Shown piece after piece: positions 1-20,503 of a stretch of DNA of 57,907 bases. Position 1 is the stretch's first letter, and every line of letters begins with the position of its first letter. The translations under genes and the position numbers were made by a program. The notes below the pieces were generated by a model. That model was given only the letters and a program-made list of their open reading frames with translations. It had not been told where the DNA came from and searched no databases. This stretch comes from Macrostomum lignano (Eukaryota): NCBI GenBank assembly GCA_002269645.1, contig NIVC01002924.1:1-57907 (forward strand), given 5' to 3'.

Positions 1-14
1 TGTAGCCTGGTTAC

Positions 15-404
15 AATAATAACAATAATATTAATAATAGTAATAATAATAATAATAATAAATAATATGATAATTGCAAGAGTGTTCTAAAGACTTTTTA
101 GTCGAGCACATTACTCATACACACGCTCACACAGGTGTACAGCAGCCCTGACTTTCTAATCGTCAGGCATGTACACTCTCTCAGGCATGTACACTCTCTC
201 AGGCATGTACACTCTCTCAGGCATGTACACTCTCTCAGGCATGTACACATGCATGTGCCTTGGGGGGTTGGCCCTCGTGGGTGAAAATTTCATGACAACC
301 CCACGGTCAATTTTCGTGCACAAGGCCCAAATGAATGAGGCCGAATGTGGGATCGAACCTGGGCGCGAGAGTTAGACCCGTTCACTACTGAGCTGCTCTG
401 CCCC
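15..404 (-). mobile_element. tRNA-derived SINE (family B, variant head and tail) with (TTA)n tail
   Basis: On the minus strand it starts GGGGCAGAGCAGCTCAGTAG (A-box-like) and has GGTTCGATCCC (B box). The central block GGGCCAACCCCCCAAGGCAC...GTGTACATGCCTGACGAT...GGGCTGCTGTACAC is shared with copies at 11237-11598 and 45240-45555. It ends in a TTA-rich tail at about 15-70. Confidence 0.65.
165..250. repeat. 18-bp tandem repeat (AGGCATGTACACTCTCTC, about 4.5 copies) inside the SINE
   Basis: Seen directly; it explains ORF 169..375 (MYTLSG)n. Confidence 0.9.
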
Positions 405-601
405 TGAGGGAGCAGGAGTATAGTGTGTCTACACCCTCACAGACCATTGGTTACGAGGTCTCAGGTTGATGACCTAGCTGTCCTTACCCGAAAGAAGCAT
501 CCTGGGCATCGGTCTCTCACATCTCTGAAGGGTCGGGACCCGGTAGCAATAATACACATTGATGCAGTCTGTGTTAAAATAAACTTTCTCCCGTGCCTCA
601 C

Positions 602-1810
602 CCTGATGCTTGAGCAGTTCCGGACTCATAAAGTACGGCGTCCCCAGAAAAGTAGTGGCCATGTCCACCGAATTCATGAGCACCCGAGCGATGCCAAAGT
701 CGCCAATTTTAACCATGCCGCCCTTTAAAAATACGTTTTTCGTCTTCAGATCCCGGTGTAAAATCCGCTTCCCGTGCAGGTACTCGACGCCTAGGAGGAT
801 CTGGATCAGCCAGCGCTCAGTGGTGGCCACGGGCAGGTGCAGACCGGCCTTCTTCAGGCGCTGGATGGCCTGGTCCAGGTCGCCTTCGTCGCAGTACTCG
901 GTGACCATGCAGAACGAGGGCAGGTCTGTCGCGAAATTCGGGGTGCCGGCTGTTAGACTTGAAGACGGTTGTTAGACAGCGGTGTCAGCTGTTAGACAGG
1001 GATATCAGCTGTTAGACAGGTATATCAGCTGTTAGACAGGGATATCAGCTGTTAATCAGGGATATCAGCTGTTAGACTTGAAGACGGTTGTTAGACAACG
1101 GTGTCAGCTGTTAGACAGGGATATCAGCTGCTAGACAGGTATATCAGCTGTTAGACAGGGATATCAGCTGTTAGACAGGTATATCAGCTGTTAGACAGGG
1201 ATATCAGCTGTTAATCAGGATATCAGCTGTTAGACAGGGATATCAGCTGTTAGACAGGGATGTCAGCTGTTAGACAGGGATGTCAGCTGTTAGACAGGAA
1301 TGTCAGCTGTTAAACAGGAATATCAGCTGTTAGACAGGTGTCATGTGTTAGACAGAGATGTTAGCTGTTAACAGGAATGTCAGCTGTTAGACAGGGATGT
1401 CAGCTGTTAGAAAGGAATGTCAGCTGTTAAACAGGAATGTCAGCTGTTTGACAGGGATGCCGGATGTTAGATTTCATCTGTTAGATAGTGTCAAACAACC
1501 GTCTGTTAGACAAGAAGAGTGGTCAACGTGTCATTACGCTGTAAGAAAACTCACTGACAAAGCAGTTAAAGAATTTTAAAATAGCAGAGTGGCTGAGCTT
1601 TCCCAGCAGTTTTGCCTCGTGAATGGCTTCAACAGTTTCCTCGGGGTCCAGTTCGCCGATGTGCACCTCCTTTAACACTTTGAACTTCTCCGCGCTTCGT
1701 AAATCTTCCACTAAGTAGGCGGTGCCATAGGCGCCCTTTCCAATCTTTTTCAGTAATTTGTAGCGATTGCTGAGAATCCGAGGTTTTGAAAGCTGCCTCC
1801 CTGAGGCCAT
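602..1810 (-). CDS. NEK11: NIMA-related Ser/Thr kinase, NEK11-like; first two coding exons, gene continues past the left edge
   Basis: Exon 1 is 1810-1555 (GKGAYG loop, VLKE; donor GTGAGT, phase 1). Exon 2 is 925-602 (acceptor ACAG, phase 1; MVTEYC, HRDLKTKN, DFG, GTPYFMSPELLKHQG; donor GTGAGG). The joined FFNCFVNLPSFCMVTEY and SPELLKHQG resemble NEK11 as I recall it. Confidence 0.85.
950..1460. repeat. 20-bp minisatellite (CAGCTGTTAGACAGGGATAT) filling NEK11 intron 1
   Basis: Tandem units seen directly. Confidence 0.9.
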
Positions 1811-3834
1811 TCTTTAACCTGGAGATATGTTAGCGGCAATCTCTAATGCACGCACTTGAATATTTCTTTCTTTTTCTACATTTCTTTTATAAAGCTATAA
1901 ATATTTTTTTAATATCATAAAATTAATATCATTTTATTATTTTATCATTCTCGATAATTTTAGCGTAAAGAAAACCTTAAGTACCACCAGGAATGTATAT
2001 AAAATAAATATAATATGAAATATAGTATGCTACATATTTATTGCCCATCAATTGTTGAAATTTGTAAAATGCAAAAGCCTAAAATGCAACAGCAAACATC
2101 AAGTACATTTCTTGTCATAAATATTTAAGGCAAGTTCATATAATACGAGCGTAATACTATACAACATAATGTATGCACTAACAACCAATACTGCATTTCT
2201 TTTATTTTAGATGCAAAACCTAAATTCTGATATTCTCTTTTAATAGGCTGGGATAAATTATTTTTTTGTAATGAATCATGTTAGTTTAAAATAACATCAA
2301 CTAAAAATTAGCCACAAACATATTGAAAAATAGCTTTTTTCTTGTTAAATTAATGCTGAATATAAAACTTCTTAGCTGGCAAAGCCACAAAGTGGCAATT
2401 TTTTATGGTATGCATGCTTACACAGTGGACCTTCTCTATTTACCTAGTAGTCACTTGCCCAATTTTTTTGTAAGTAATTATTAGCTTGTTAGTTTCTGTA
2501 GAAAGGCAACTGATAAATTATATATTTATTAATATATATATATATATATATATGTATAATGTATGACATGAACGTGTAGTCGTGTATGGCTAGCCTATAG
2601 TTCAATAGCTGACATATCTGAAAATCTCATCAGTGGTAGTGGAAGCTTGTGGAAGCTTTGCTTCTTGAATATATAATTCTTCTAAGGACTAAATTCGGAT
2701 CGTTGGACTCTAAATCTTATTCGACTAAAAAGTTCCCCCGAATCTAATTCGAACTGCGATACGACGCTGTAAACTAGCTATAACAAAAAGTTTTTAATGA
2801 TTAAAAACAACAGCTTCTGACGCTTTCTTGTAGCTTTTTATAAAAAAATTGTTGAGTTTAGATTAGAACAAGATTTGACACTGCATAAATCGGGTAACTA
2901 TAATATGCAACTATTTTGCATGGCAGTACAGTACTGCTTTGATAAATTAAGACATTACAGAAACAAAAAAATACGGGGATATCCGCTGCCCTTTCCGAAT
3001 GCAGCGGATATGCAGTGTATAAAAATAGCTTACAGAGTTTCCAAGTAAAGCAATTTGTGAAATATAGGAATTGAATTTTGTCTAAACTGTCTTGAAATGG
3101 AATTCATGTTAAATCTAATATACTAAATCTAAATGTATTAAATCCATATACTAAATTTGCACTAAAAACCGTGAAGCAGGGAGCGCCGCAAGGCACGGCT
3201 TGCCCTCGAAGGTGAAGTTCTTCGTCTGAGCGAACGGGCACGGAGAGTCGCCGTCGCCCACAGGCGGTTCGGTCACGCTTGCTGGGCCGCCTCGCAGCTC
3301 GGCCGGTGGGGCCAGAGAGAAAATCTGCTGGCCCGATGCCAGCTTGTCCTACGACAGGCCCGGCACCGAGGCGCTGCACGACCTGAAGAGGTCGAGAGGT
3401 CGCCGGCTCCGAGGGGCGCTGCGAGAATGGGAGCGGGGTCCAGAGGGCCAGCAGAGGGGAGATTAAGCAGAAAAACTGCTTAAAATTAATTCTAAACCTT
3501 AAAAAACTAAATTTTGAGAAAAATTGATAACGACTCCCCAAACCTAAATAGAATTTATGCGATTCCAACCGAATGATCCGTGGAAAAACGCACTTATTCA
3601 TCTTTTTTCGTCAATGAAATAAGCCAAGTTCACGGATTCCATCCATATGATAGCGCACTGACTTGTATCGCCTGATAGCATGGGGATTCCCTTTGGCAGT
3701 TGTTACAGGGAGCTGGCTATTGCGCTAAAAACAGCTCTGCCAAGTCAACACATCAGCCATGAGTCATGCGATGCGACAGTAAGCGCGCGTCATGATACGG
3801 TAATCCTAAGTGCATGTACGTTTTTCCTCTGATC

Positions 3835-4960
3835 ATTTCTGCCCTCTCTTGTCTACCCAATTACTGCCCTCTCTTGTCCACCCAATCACTGCCCTCTCTT
3901 GTCTACCCAATTACTGCCCTCTCTTGTCCACCCAATCACTGCCCTCTCTTGTCTACCCAATCACTGCCCTCTCTTGTCCACCCAATCACTGCCCTCTCTT
4001 GTCTACCCAATCACTGCCCTCTCTTGTCTACCCAATCACTGCCCTCTCTTGTCTACCCAATCACTGCCCTCTCTTGTCTACCCAATCACTGCCCTCTCTT
4101 GTCTACCCAATCACTGCCCTCTCTTGTCTACCCAATCACTGCCCTCTCTTGTCTACCCAATCACTGCCCTCTCTTGTCTACCCAATCACTGCCCTCTCTT
4201 GTCTACCCAATCACTGCCCTCTCTTGTCTACCCAATCACTGCCCTCTCTTGTCTACCCAATCACTGCCCTCTCTTGTCTACCCAATCACTGCCCTCTCTT
4301 GTCTACCCAATCACTGCCCTCTCTTGTCTACCCAATCACTGCCCTCTCTTGTCTACCCAATCACTGCCCTCTCTTGTCTACCCAATCACTGCCCTCTCTT
4401 GTCTACCCAATCACTGCCCTCTCTTGTCTACCCAATCACTGCCCTCTCTTGTCTACCCAATCACTGCCCTCTCTTGTCTACCCAATGACTACTCTCTACT
4501 ATCTACCCAATGGCTACTCCAGCTCTCCGATCTACTCAATGACTACTCAAGCTCTCCGATCTACTCAATGACTACTCTAGCTCTCCGATCTACTCAATGA
4601 CTACTCTAGCTCTCCGATCTACTCAATGACTACTCTAGCTCTCCTATCCACTCAATGACTACTCTAGCTCTCCAATTTAGCCAACCGAATAACTACTCTC
4701 TCTTATTTACCCAATGGCTACTCTAGCTCTCCTATCTACCCAATGACTACCCTCTCCTATCTACCCAATAACTACCCTCTCCTATCTACCCAATGACTAC
4801 CCTCTCCTATCTACCCAATGACTACCCTCTCCTATCTACCCAATGACTACCCTCTCCTAGCTACCCAATGACTACCCTCTCCTAGCTACCCAATGACTAC
4901 CCTCTCCTAGCTACCCAATGACTACCCACTCCTATCTACCCAATGACTACCCTCTCTAAT
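3835..4960. repeat. 25-bp minisatellite (CCCAATCACTGCCCTCTCTTGTCTA) grading into related 29- and 25-bp units
   Basis: Near-perfect units to about 4490, then CTACTCAATGACTACTCTAGCTCTCCGAT and CTACCCAATGACTACCCTCTCCTAT variants. Confidence 0.92.
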
Positions 4961-5604
4961 CACCCCAAATAAGAGTCCTCTTGTCTTTTACGAGTGGACA
5001 ATTTCCATTGACAACTTAACGGGTAATTAAAAACAAAGCCCTGTAATACGCAGTGTGTACTTGTACAGACGCCATTCAAAGTATCAAATACAATGTCTCG
5101 AAAAAAATAATAATCACAAGCCAATAAAGTGATGAGTTCAGTGACTGCAGCAGCCTGACATGAAGTGAGACAGACCATGCGCCACGGGAATATCCAGCAA
5201 TTACGCAACAGTAGGAAAAATGATTGACAAAGGCACAGGTTAGCAATCAACAGAGCATAGACAAGATGTTGACCATTGTCGACCAGAAAAGCTCGAAAAT
5301 ATGACAACTAGTAGCTATTAATAATTATAATATTTCGATTCGAATGCTGCGACTTTCGTTCTCCGCAGGCGAGATGAGATCGGTTGAAACGAAGCCGCAA
5401 AAATGAAATGAAATTCAGACTAAAGCATGGAGCAAGGAGCGTCACTACACAGGTATCGAATGCACAGACTGTATAAGGCTCTGGCTCCGGTCGAAATTTT
5501 TGCAAATCTACGCGACTTCAGCAATTCAGCAATTTAGCTCGTAGTTATTTATTAGCCGAATTTTTGTCGAAAGTAGTGGAAGTCGTGTCCTCTCTCCTGT
5601 CCTC

Positions 5605-6210
5605 TACCGGTAATCTTGTCCGCTCACCTGTCCTCTAATCTTGTCCGCTCACCTGTCCTCTAATCTTGTCCGCTCACCTGTCCTCTAATCTTGTCCGCTT
5701 TCCTGTCCTCTAATCTTGTCCGCTCACCTGTCCTCTAATCTTGTCCGATTTCCTGTCCTCTAATCTTGTCCGCTCACCTGTCCTCTAATCTTGTCCGCTC
5801 ACCTGTCCTCTAATCTTGTCCGCTCACCTGTCCTCTAATCTTGTCCGCTCACCTGTCCTCTAATCTTGTCCGCTTTCCTGTCCTCTAATCTTGTCCGCTC
5901 ACCTGTCCTCTAATCTTGTCCGATTTCCTGTCCTCTAATCTTGTCCGCTCACCTGTCCTCTAATCTTGTCCGCTCACCTGTCCTCTAATCTTGTCCGCTT
6001 TCTTGTCCTCTAGTCTTGTGCGCTCTCAATCCTGTCCTCTAATCTTGTCCGCTTTCTTGTCCTCTAGTCTTGTGCGCTCTCAATCCTGTCCTCTAATCTT
6101 GTCCGATTTCCTGTCCTCTAATCTTGTCCGATTTCCTGTCCTCTAATCTTGTCCTCTCTCCTGTCCTCTAATCTTGTCCGCTCACCTGTCCTCTAATCTT
6201 GTCCCCCTAC
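5605..6210. repeat. 25-bp minisatellite (CCTGTCCTCTAATCTTGTCCGCTCA)
   Basis: Tandem units seen directly. Confidence 0.92.
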
Positions 6211-6400
6211 CTCCCTCTGTCATCTAATCCTGTCTACACCTCGACCACCTGAATTAACAGCACAGGCGAACGGATTAACCGATCCGATTATTAAACAGTC
6301 AGCAGATTAGGACACTGGAAAAGTGCACTGGTCGGAAGAAGCCGAATCAACGGAGTCGGTCTTAGAAAGCAATAAATCTGATCTCGCATTCCAACGCACA

Positions 6401-14287
<7,887 letters not shown>

Positions 14288-15584
14288 CTAGCCGAGCTAA
14301 ACTCGCAGCTCAGCTATTTTTGGTGGCGCGGGAGTGCAGAGTTTTGAGCAGCTCCAGTACGGTATGTCAGCTGCATTGACACGCATATATATACGAGCTA
14401 CAGTTAACTCGTGCCTTGTGCTCAGCTGTGCTCAGCCGGACTGCCGGCAACCCAAAAAACTTTTGGTGTATTCATACATACATAATCCTCAAATCTCGTC
14501 CCCCCGACTCACCCAGTTCAAACTGACTCGTCTCCCCAGTGCCCACCGCCCCAGCCACCACCAACTCAGCCAGGTAGGGAGGCGGCCTGCCTGGGGACGA
14601 GAGGTCCGGCCAAGCGCCATCTCTTCCCCTCGGCGTACCCCCGTACGGCAGCCTCACTACTCAGCAATATCTTGTCCCAACTGTCCCCACCCCTGCCGCC
14701 ACTCCGCGCACTCAGCGCGGGAGCCTGTGCTGGGAAAATCGATTCTCACCTCACCTCAAGTCTGATCCCCACTCCCCCTAGCGGCCCAGGTCTCCCCCCT
14801 CTGTCCAACAACCATTCTCCCTTCTCGATTTCTCCCAACTCTTCACCAGGTACCCGCTCCCCCCGTGAGTCGTTCAAAGACTGACTGACGACTGACCCGG
14901 AGCCGGCGATCTCAGGCGCGCGTGTGTGTTGCAGTTGCTACGGGCAACCAAAACAGCTGATCCGAGGGGCTTTCTAATAGGGCTGCCGCTATACAGAGGG
15001 GGGCGGAGCTTTCTAGCGCATCAAGAAAAAAAGCATGGCTTTCGGGACGGCCTATCAGGCGGGCAAGAGTTCCCCTCCTCTCTCTGTCTGTCTCTTCTCC
15101 CATCGCTGACAGCTGAGCATCCGAGGCCCCGCTTCGGCCTCCGCTGCAGGATTCGCTTCACTTAGCAGCAGCTCTGCAGTCATTCCTCCCCTTCATTGTC
15201 AGGCCTCAGAAGTAGACGGGTTGTCAAGCAAATATCTAGCTGCTAAACTACTCATGTGACTGAGTCTACTGACAGTGTGATAAAAAGTTGATGCGTACCT
15301 GCTCTGATATTGAAAGAGTATCTAAATTTAAATCAGCATTGTGTGAAGCGATCTGGGAAGCAGACATGCTGCAGACTTGCTAAGCCGCAGAAAGGGCAAA
15401 GAATGCATTTCTAGACACTAAATTTAGCGCTCGAGGGCCGTGTTTGACTGCAGTAATAAAACTAATGAGCAGTGCTATTTTTAGCTGCAACACAATTGTC
15501 TTGCATAGTACAACTGCTACCTGTCTGACTACAGAGCTTGACGCAATTCAAATCACTTTACAGGTATGTATATACTGTGCCATC

Positions 15585-17745
15585 CTCACTGCCATCTCTA
15601 GTCTGTGCCATCCTCACTGCCATCTCCGTTTTCTGTGCCATCCTCACTGCCATCTCTAGTCTGTGCCATCCTCACTGCCATCTCCGTTTTCTGTGCCATC
15701 CTCACTGCCATCTCTGCATTCTGTGCCATCCTCACTGCCATCTCCGTTTTCTGTGCCATCCTCACTGCCATCTCTAGTCTGTGCCATCCTCACTGCCATC
15801 TCTGTAGTCTGTGCCATCCTCACTGCCATCTCTAGTCTGTGCCATCCTCACTGCCATCTCTAGTCTGTGCCATCCTCACTGCCATCTCTAGTCTGTGCCA
15901 TCCTCACTGCCATCTCTAGTCTGTGCCATCCTCACTGCCATCTCCGTTTTCTGTGCCATCCTCACTGCCATCTCTGCATTCTGTGCCATCCTCACTGCCA
16001 TCTCCGTTTTCTGGGCCATCCTCACTGCCATCTCTAGTCTGTGCCATCCTCACTGCCATCTCCGTTTTCTGTGCCATCCTCACTGCCATCTCTGCATTCT
16101 GTGCCATTCTCACTGCCATCTCTGTATTCTGTGCCATCCTCACTGCCATCTCTAGTCTGTGCCATCCTCACTGCCATCTCTGTAGTCTGTGCCATCCTCA
16201 CTGCCATCTCTAGTCTGTGCCATCCTCACTGCCATCTCTAGTCTGTGCCATCCTCACTGCCATCTCTAGTCTGTGCCATCCTCACTGCCATCTCTGCATT
16301 CTGTGCCATCCTCACTGCCATCTCCGTTTTCTGTGCCATCCTCACTGCCATCTCTAGTCTGTGCCATCCTCACTGCCATCTCTGTAGTCTGTGCCATCCT
16401 CACTGCCATCTCCGTTTTCTGTGCCATCCTCACTGCCATCTCTAGTCTGTGCCATCCTCACTGCCATCTCTAGTCTGTGCCATCCTCACTGCCATCTCTA
16501 GTCTGTGCCATCCTCACTGCCATCTCTAGTCTGTGCCATCCTCACTGCCATCTCTAGTCTGTGCCATCCTCACTGCCATCTCTAGTCTGTGCCATCCTCA
16601 CTGCCATCTCTAGTCTGTGCCATCCTCACTGCCATCTCTGTTCTGTGCCATCCTCACTGCCATCTCCGTTTTCTGTGCCATCCTCACTGCCATCTCTAGT
16701 CTGTGCCATCCTCACTGCCATCTCTGTAGTCTGTGCCATCCTCACTGCCATCTCCGTTTTCTGTGCCATCCTCACTGCCATCTCTAGTCTGTGCCATCCT
16801 CACTGCCATCTCCGTTTTCTGTGCCATCCTCACTGCCATCTCTGCATTCTGTGCCATCCTCACTGCCATCTCCGTTTTCTGTGCCATCCTCACTGCCATC
16901 TCTAGTCTGTGCCATCCTCACTGCCATCTCTGTAGTCTGTGCCATCCTCACTGCCATCTCTAGTCTGTGCCATCCTCACTGCCATCTCTAGTCTGTGCCA
17001 TCCTCACTGCCATCTCTAGTCTGTGCCATCCTCACTGCCATCTCCGTTTTCTGTGCCATCCTCACTGCCATCTCCGTTTTCTGTGCCATCCTCACTGCCA
17101 TCTCTAGTCTGTGCCATCCTCACTGCCATCTCTGTAGTCTGTGCCATCCTCACTGCCATCTCCGTTTTCTGTGCCATCCTCACTGCCATCTCTAGTCTGT
17201 GCCATCCTCACTGCCATCTCTGTATTCTGTGCCACCCTCACTGCCATCTCTAGTCTGTGCCATCCTCACTGCCATCTCTGTATTCTGTGCCATCCTCACT
17301 GCAATCTCTGTAGTCTGTGCCATCCTCACTGCCATCTCTGTAGTCTGTGCCATCCTCACTGCCATCTCTGTATTCTGTGCCATCCTCACTGCCATCTCTA
17401 GTCTGTGCCACCCTCACTGCCATCTCTAGTCTGTGCCATCCTCACTGCCATCTCTGTATTCTGTGCCATCCTCACTGCCAATCTATAGTCTGTGCCATCC
17501 TCACTGCCATCTCTGTAGTCCCATCCTCACTGCCATCTCTGTATTCTGTGCCATCCTCACTGCCATCTCTAGTCTGTGCCACCCTCACTGCCATCTCTAG
17601 TCTGTGCCATCCTCACTGCCATCTCTGTATTCTGTGCCATCCTCACTGCAATCTCTGTAGTCTGTGCCATCCTCACTGCAATCTCTGTAGTCTGTGCCAT
17701 CCTCACTGCCATCTCTGCATTCGGTGCCATCCTCACTGCCATCTC
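15585..17745. repeat. 28/30-bp minisatellite (CTGTGCCATCCTCACTGCCATCTCTAGT and variants), about 2.1 kb
   Basis: Tandem units seen directly; source of all the LCHPHCH/MPSSLPS ORFs. Confidence 0.95.
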
Positions 17746-18109
17746 CTACAAGCCATCTACAAGCATATATGCATGCATTGCTACCTCACCGCCGCGTACA
17801 CTGAATACATGCAAGTCTGTCCATTGTTCCACTGCCTATTATTGAAGAAAGATTGATCTAAAAAGCTGAGCAATGCACAAAAGCGCAATGTTTCCTGGTT
17901 GATAAGGACAATAAACGGAGTTTGTGGCACAGAGAGACAAGAGGGTAAGAAATGACAACCTGTCAAAAGAAGTGGGACAAAGAATGCTTCAGTATAATTG
18001 AGTCAGTCTTTATATCAGAGACTGATGGAGGAGCAAACTATTGTGAATCATAGCACTGACTATTGTATCCAGCATTTGAAAGACTTGTAAACAAATGTGT
18101 GAATTGATC

Positions 18110-18650
18110 TTTATGCTCAAGTTAAGCATTCATGACCAAGTTATGCTCAAATTAAGCATTCATGACCAATTTATGCTCAAGTTAAGCATCTATGACCAAT
18201 TTATGCTCAAGTTAAGCATCTATGACCAATTTATGCTCAAGTTAAGCATCTATGACCAATTTATGCTCAAGTTAAGCATCTATGACCAATTTATGCTCAA
18301 GTTAAGCATTATGACCAATTTATGCTCAAATTAAGCATTCATGACCAAGCTATGCTCAAGTTAAGCATTCATGACCAAGTTATGCTCAAGTTAAGCATTC
18401 ATGACCAAGTTATGCTCAAATTAAGCATTAAGACCAATTTATGCTCAAGTTAAGCATTCATGACCAAGTTATGCTCAAATTAAGCATTCATGACCAAGTT
18501 ATGCTCAAATTAAGCATTCATGACCAAGCTATGCTCAAGTTAAGCATTCATGACCAAGTTATGCTCAAATTAAGCATTCATGACCAAGTTATGCTCAAAT
18601 TAAGCATTCGTGACCAAGTTATGCTCAAATTAAGCTTTATGACCAACTTC
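18110..18650. repeat. 30-bp minisatellite (TTATGCTCAAGTTAAGCATTCATGACCAAG)
   Basis: Tandem units seen directly, with a degenerate tail to about 18800. Confidence 0.92.
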
Positions 18651-19294
18651 TGATCAAGCTGAACATCAATAACCAATATATGTGCATGTTAAGCATCTAT
18701 GACCAATCTCTGATGAAAATGAACCTCTTTGACCAATTTCTGATCAATCATCAAACTGAACATATGACCAATTTCTGATCAAACTGAGAGTTTATGACTA
18801 ACTCGTGCAAGAACGAGCATCTAAGAGTCTAAGATCAAATAAACTGACAAATCGTTTTCTTATCATTAAGTACGATTATGATTGACAACTGTCACTTTGA
18901 GAAGAATTATAAAAAACGTTGCGTTTAAAAATGTACGCTTATATTCAAAATGTTTAGGAAAGCCAAAGGTATTTAAGGCTTCAAGTTATAAATCAATGAA
19001 TTTATTTCGACAAAAACACACAATGCTCAGCCGCATATGACGGGTGCAATGCTTTCAATAATGATCTTTGGCTACCCCATAAATCACAACATGCAACACG
19101 CTAAGCACCAAAACACAGCAATTCACATTTCCACTAATAATTAGGATTTCTAGACAGAGACAGCAGTGAGGTACACAAGTGTATTCAAATGGTAGCTAAA
19201 AAGTACATTGTTTTTCACTAGGATAAACAACTATGTAGGAATATTTTGGATAAACAATAAAGGTTAACTAGCCAAAGCATTGCTGAGTCAGTGC

Positions 19295-19591
19295 TCATCT
19301 CCGTTTCTTTTTCTGAGCAGCGGCCAGATGCTGCTTCCTGTTGTTGGACACGTGGCCGGCTGTTGCGGTTGCCGGCCGAGTTCCGGCTGTCGAGTTGCCG
19401 ACGCTGCCGCCGTACTCGGCTTCGTCGGCTTCGCCCATCGAGGCGGTGTCGCTGGAAGCGGCTGGCGGCAGGCAGAACAGAGCCAGCAGGCAGGCCAGCT
19501 GGAACAGGGCGCCTATGAGCAGCGCCCGGTCCGACAGCAGCTCGTACCAGGTGGCTGGCGGGATGAACAGCGAGCTGTCCTGGTCTGGCAT
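19295..19591 (-). CDS. MANBAL: MANBAL / UPF0239 small single-pass membrane protein (98 aa)
   Basis: IPPATWYELLSDRALLIGALFQLACLLALFCLP parallels the remembered MANBAL motif ([29 protein letters not shown]), with a basic KKKRR C-terminus; intronless CDS. Confidence 0.85.
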   Translation of the reverse strand: MPDQDSSLFIPPATWYELLSDRALLIGALFQLACLLALFCLPPAASSDTASMGEADEAEYGGSVGNSTAGTRPATATAGHVSNNRKQHLAAAQKKKRR

Positions 19592-19659
19592 GGCTGCAAC
19601 ATGCGGCGGCGGATAGGGCTGGACTATCGCTCAGTACTGGGATGGTGCGAGGGGTGTCT

Positions 19660-20000
19660 TGGATGCTACAGGCAGGGTAGAGGGACGGGGTGTCCTGGAT
19701 GCCACAGTCAGGGTAGCGGGACGGGGTGTCCTGGATGCCACAGTCAGGGTAGCGGAAAGGGTGTCCTGGGTGCTACAGGCAGGATAGCGGGAAGGGTGTG
19801 CTGGGTGCCACAGGCAGGGTAGCGGGAAGGATGTGCTGGGTGCTACAGGCAGGATAGCGGGAAGGATGTGCTGGGTGCCACAGGCAGGATAGCGGGAAGG
19901 GTGTGCTGGGTGCCACAGGCAGGGTAGCGGGAAGGATGTGCTGGGTGCTACAGGCAGGATAGCGGGAAGGATGTGCTGGGTGCCACAGGCAGGGTAGCAG
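19660..20000. repeat. 35-bp minisatellite (AGGATGTGCTGGGTGCTACAGGCAGGATAGCGGGA)
   Basis: Tandem units between the METTL25B and MANBAL coding regions. Confidence 0.9.
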
Positions 20001-20503
20001 GAACAGGAAGGGAGAGCCAAGGCTTCAATGCAAGAATCAATTGAAAATAAGACTGGGCCTAGCGGTGCTACCAGACTCATGCGAGCGCAGAGTCTACATG
20101 TTGAAGAGGAGATAAGAATGGGAAGAAAAATCAATGAAAGCCAGAGAGAAATTTTGCGCATTGAAACTACGAAAGGATTTTCACAGTCCAAAGCTTTGTT
20201 GATAAAAGAATTCTCCCTGTTTGAGGCGGGGGTTGGGTGGGTCAAAAACCCGGAAAATTCAATACTCTGCATTTCTCCGCGGCTCTCAATAGGGCCTGAT
20301 TGACAGCTAAGGGTGTATATATAAAGTACAAGCAAGTTTCAGGGCCCATACGCGGTAAGAGTAGTATATTCAAATAGTCAATAATTAATGAATATGACTT
20401 CATAAAAGCTTCAGATTACCGAAGAAATTCTGGACTATATTTATTACAAAATGCAATTTGAAATGATAAATTTTGCATGAATCAGGTAGTTCACTGCATA
20501 ATC

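Noticed and set aside
5351-5394. Hammerhead-like arrangement (TTCGTT...GATGAG...GAAACGAA)
   Set aside because: Stem III and GAAA fit, but the invariant CUGA of the core is missing.
14400-15200. GC-rich block with a GC box (GGGGCGGAG) and minus-strand donor-like sites as promoter or first exon of the 6401-14287 gene
   Set aside because: Plausible, but there is no homology or decisive signal; it could equally be a repeat.
20028-20303. 91-aa plus-strand ORF between MANBAL and METTL25B
   Set aside because: No recognisable motif, AT-rich codon use unlike the local genes, and it is antisense to the cluster.
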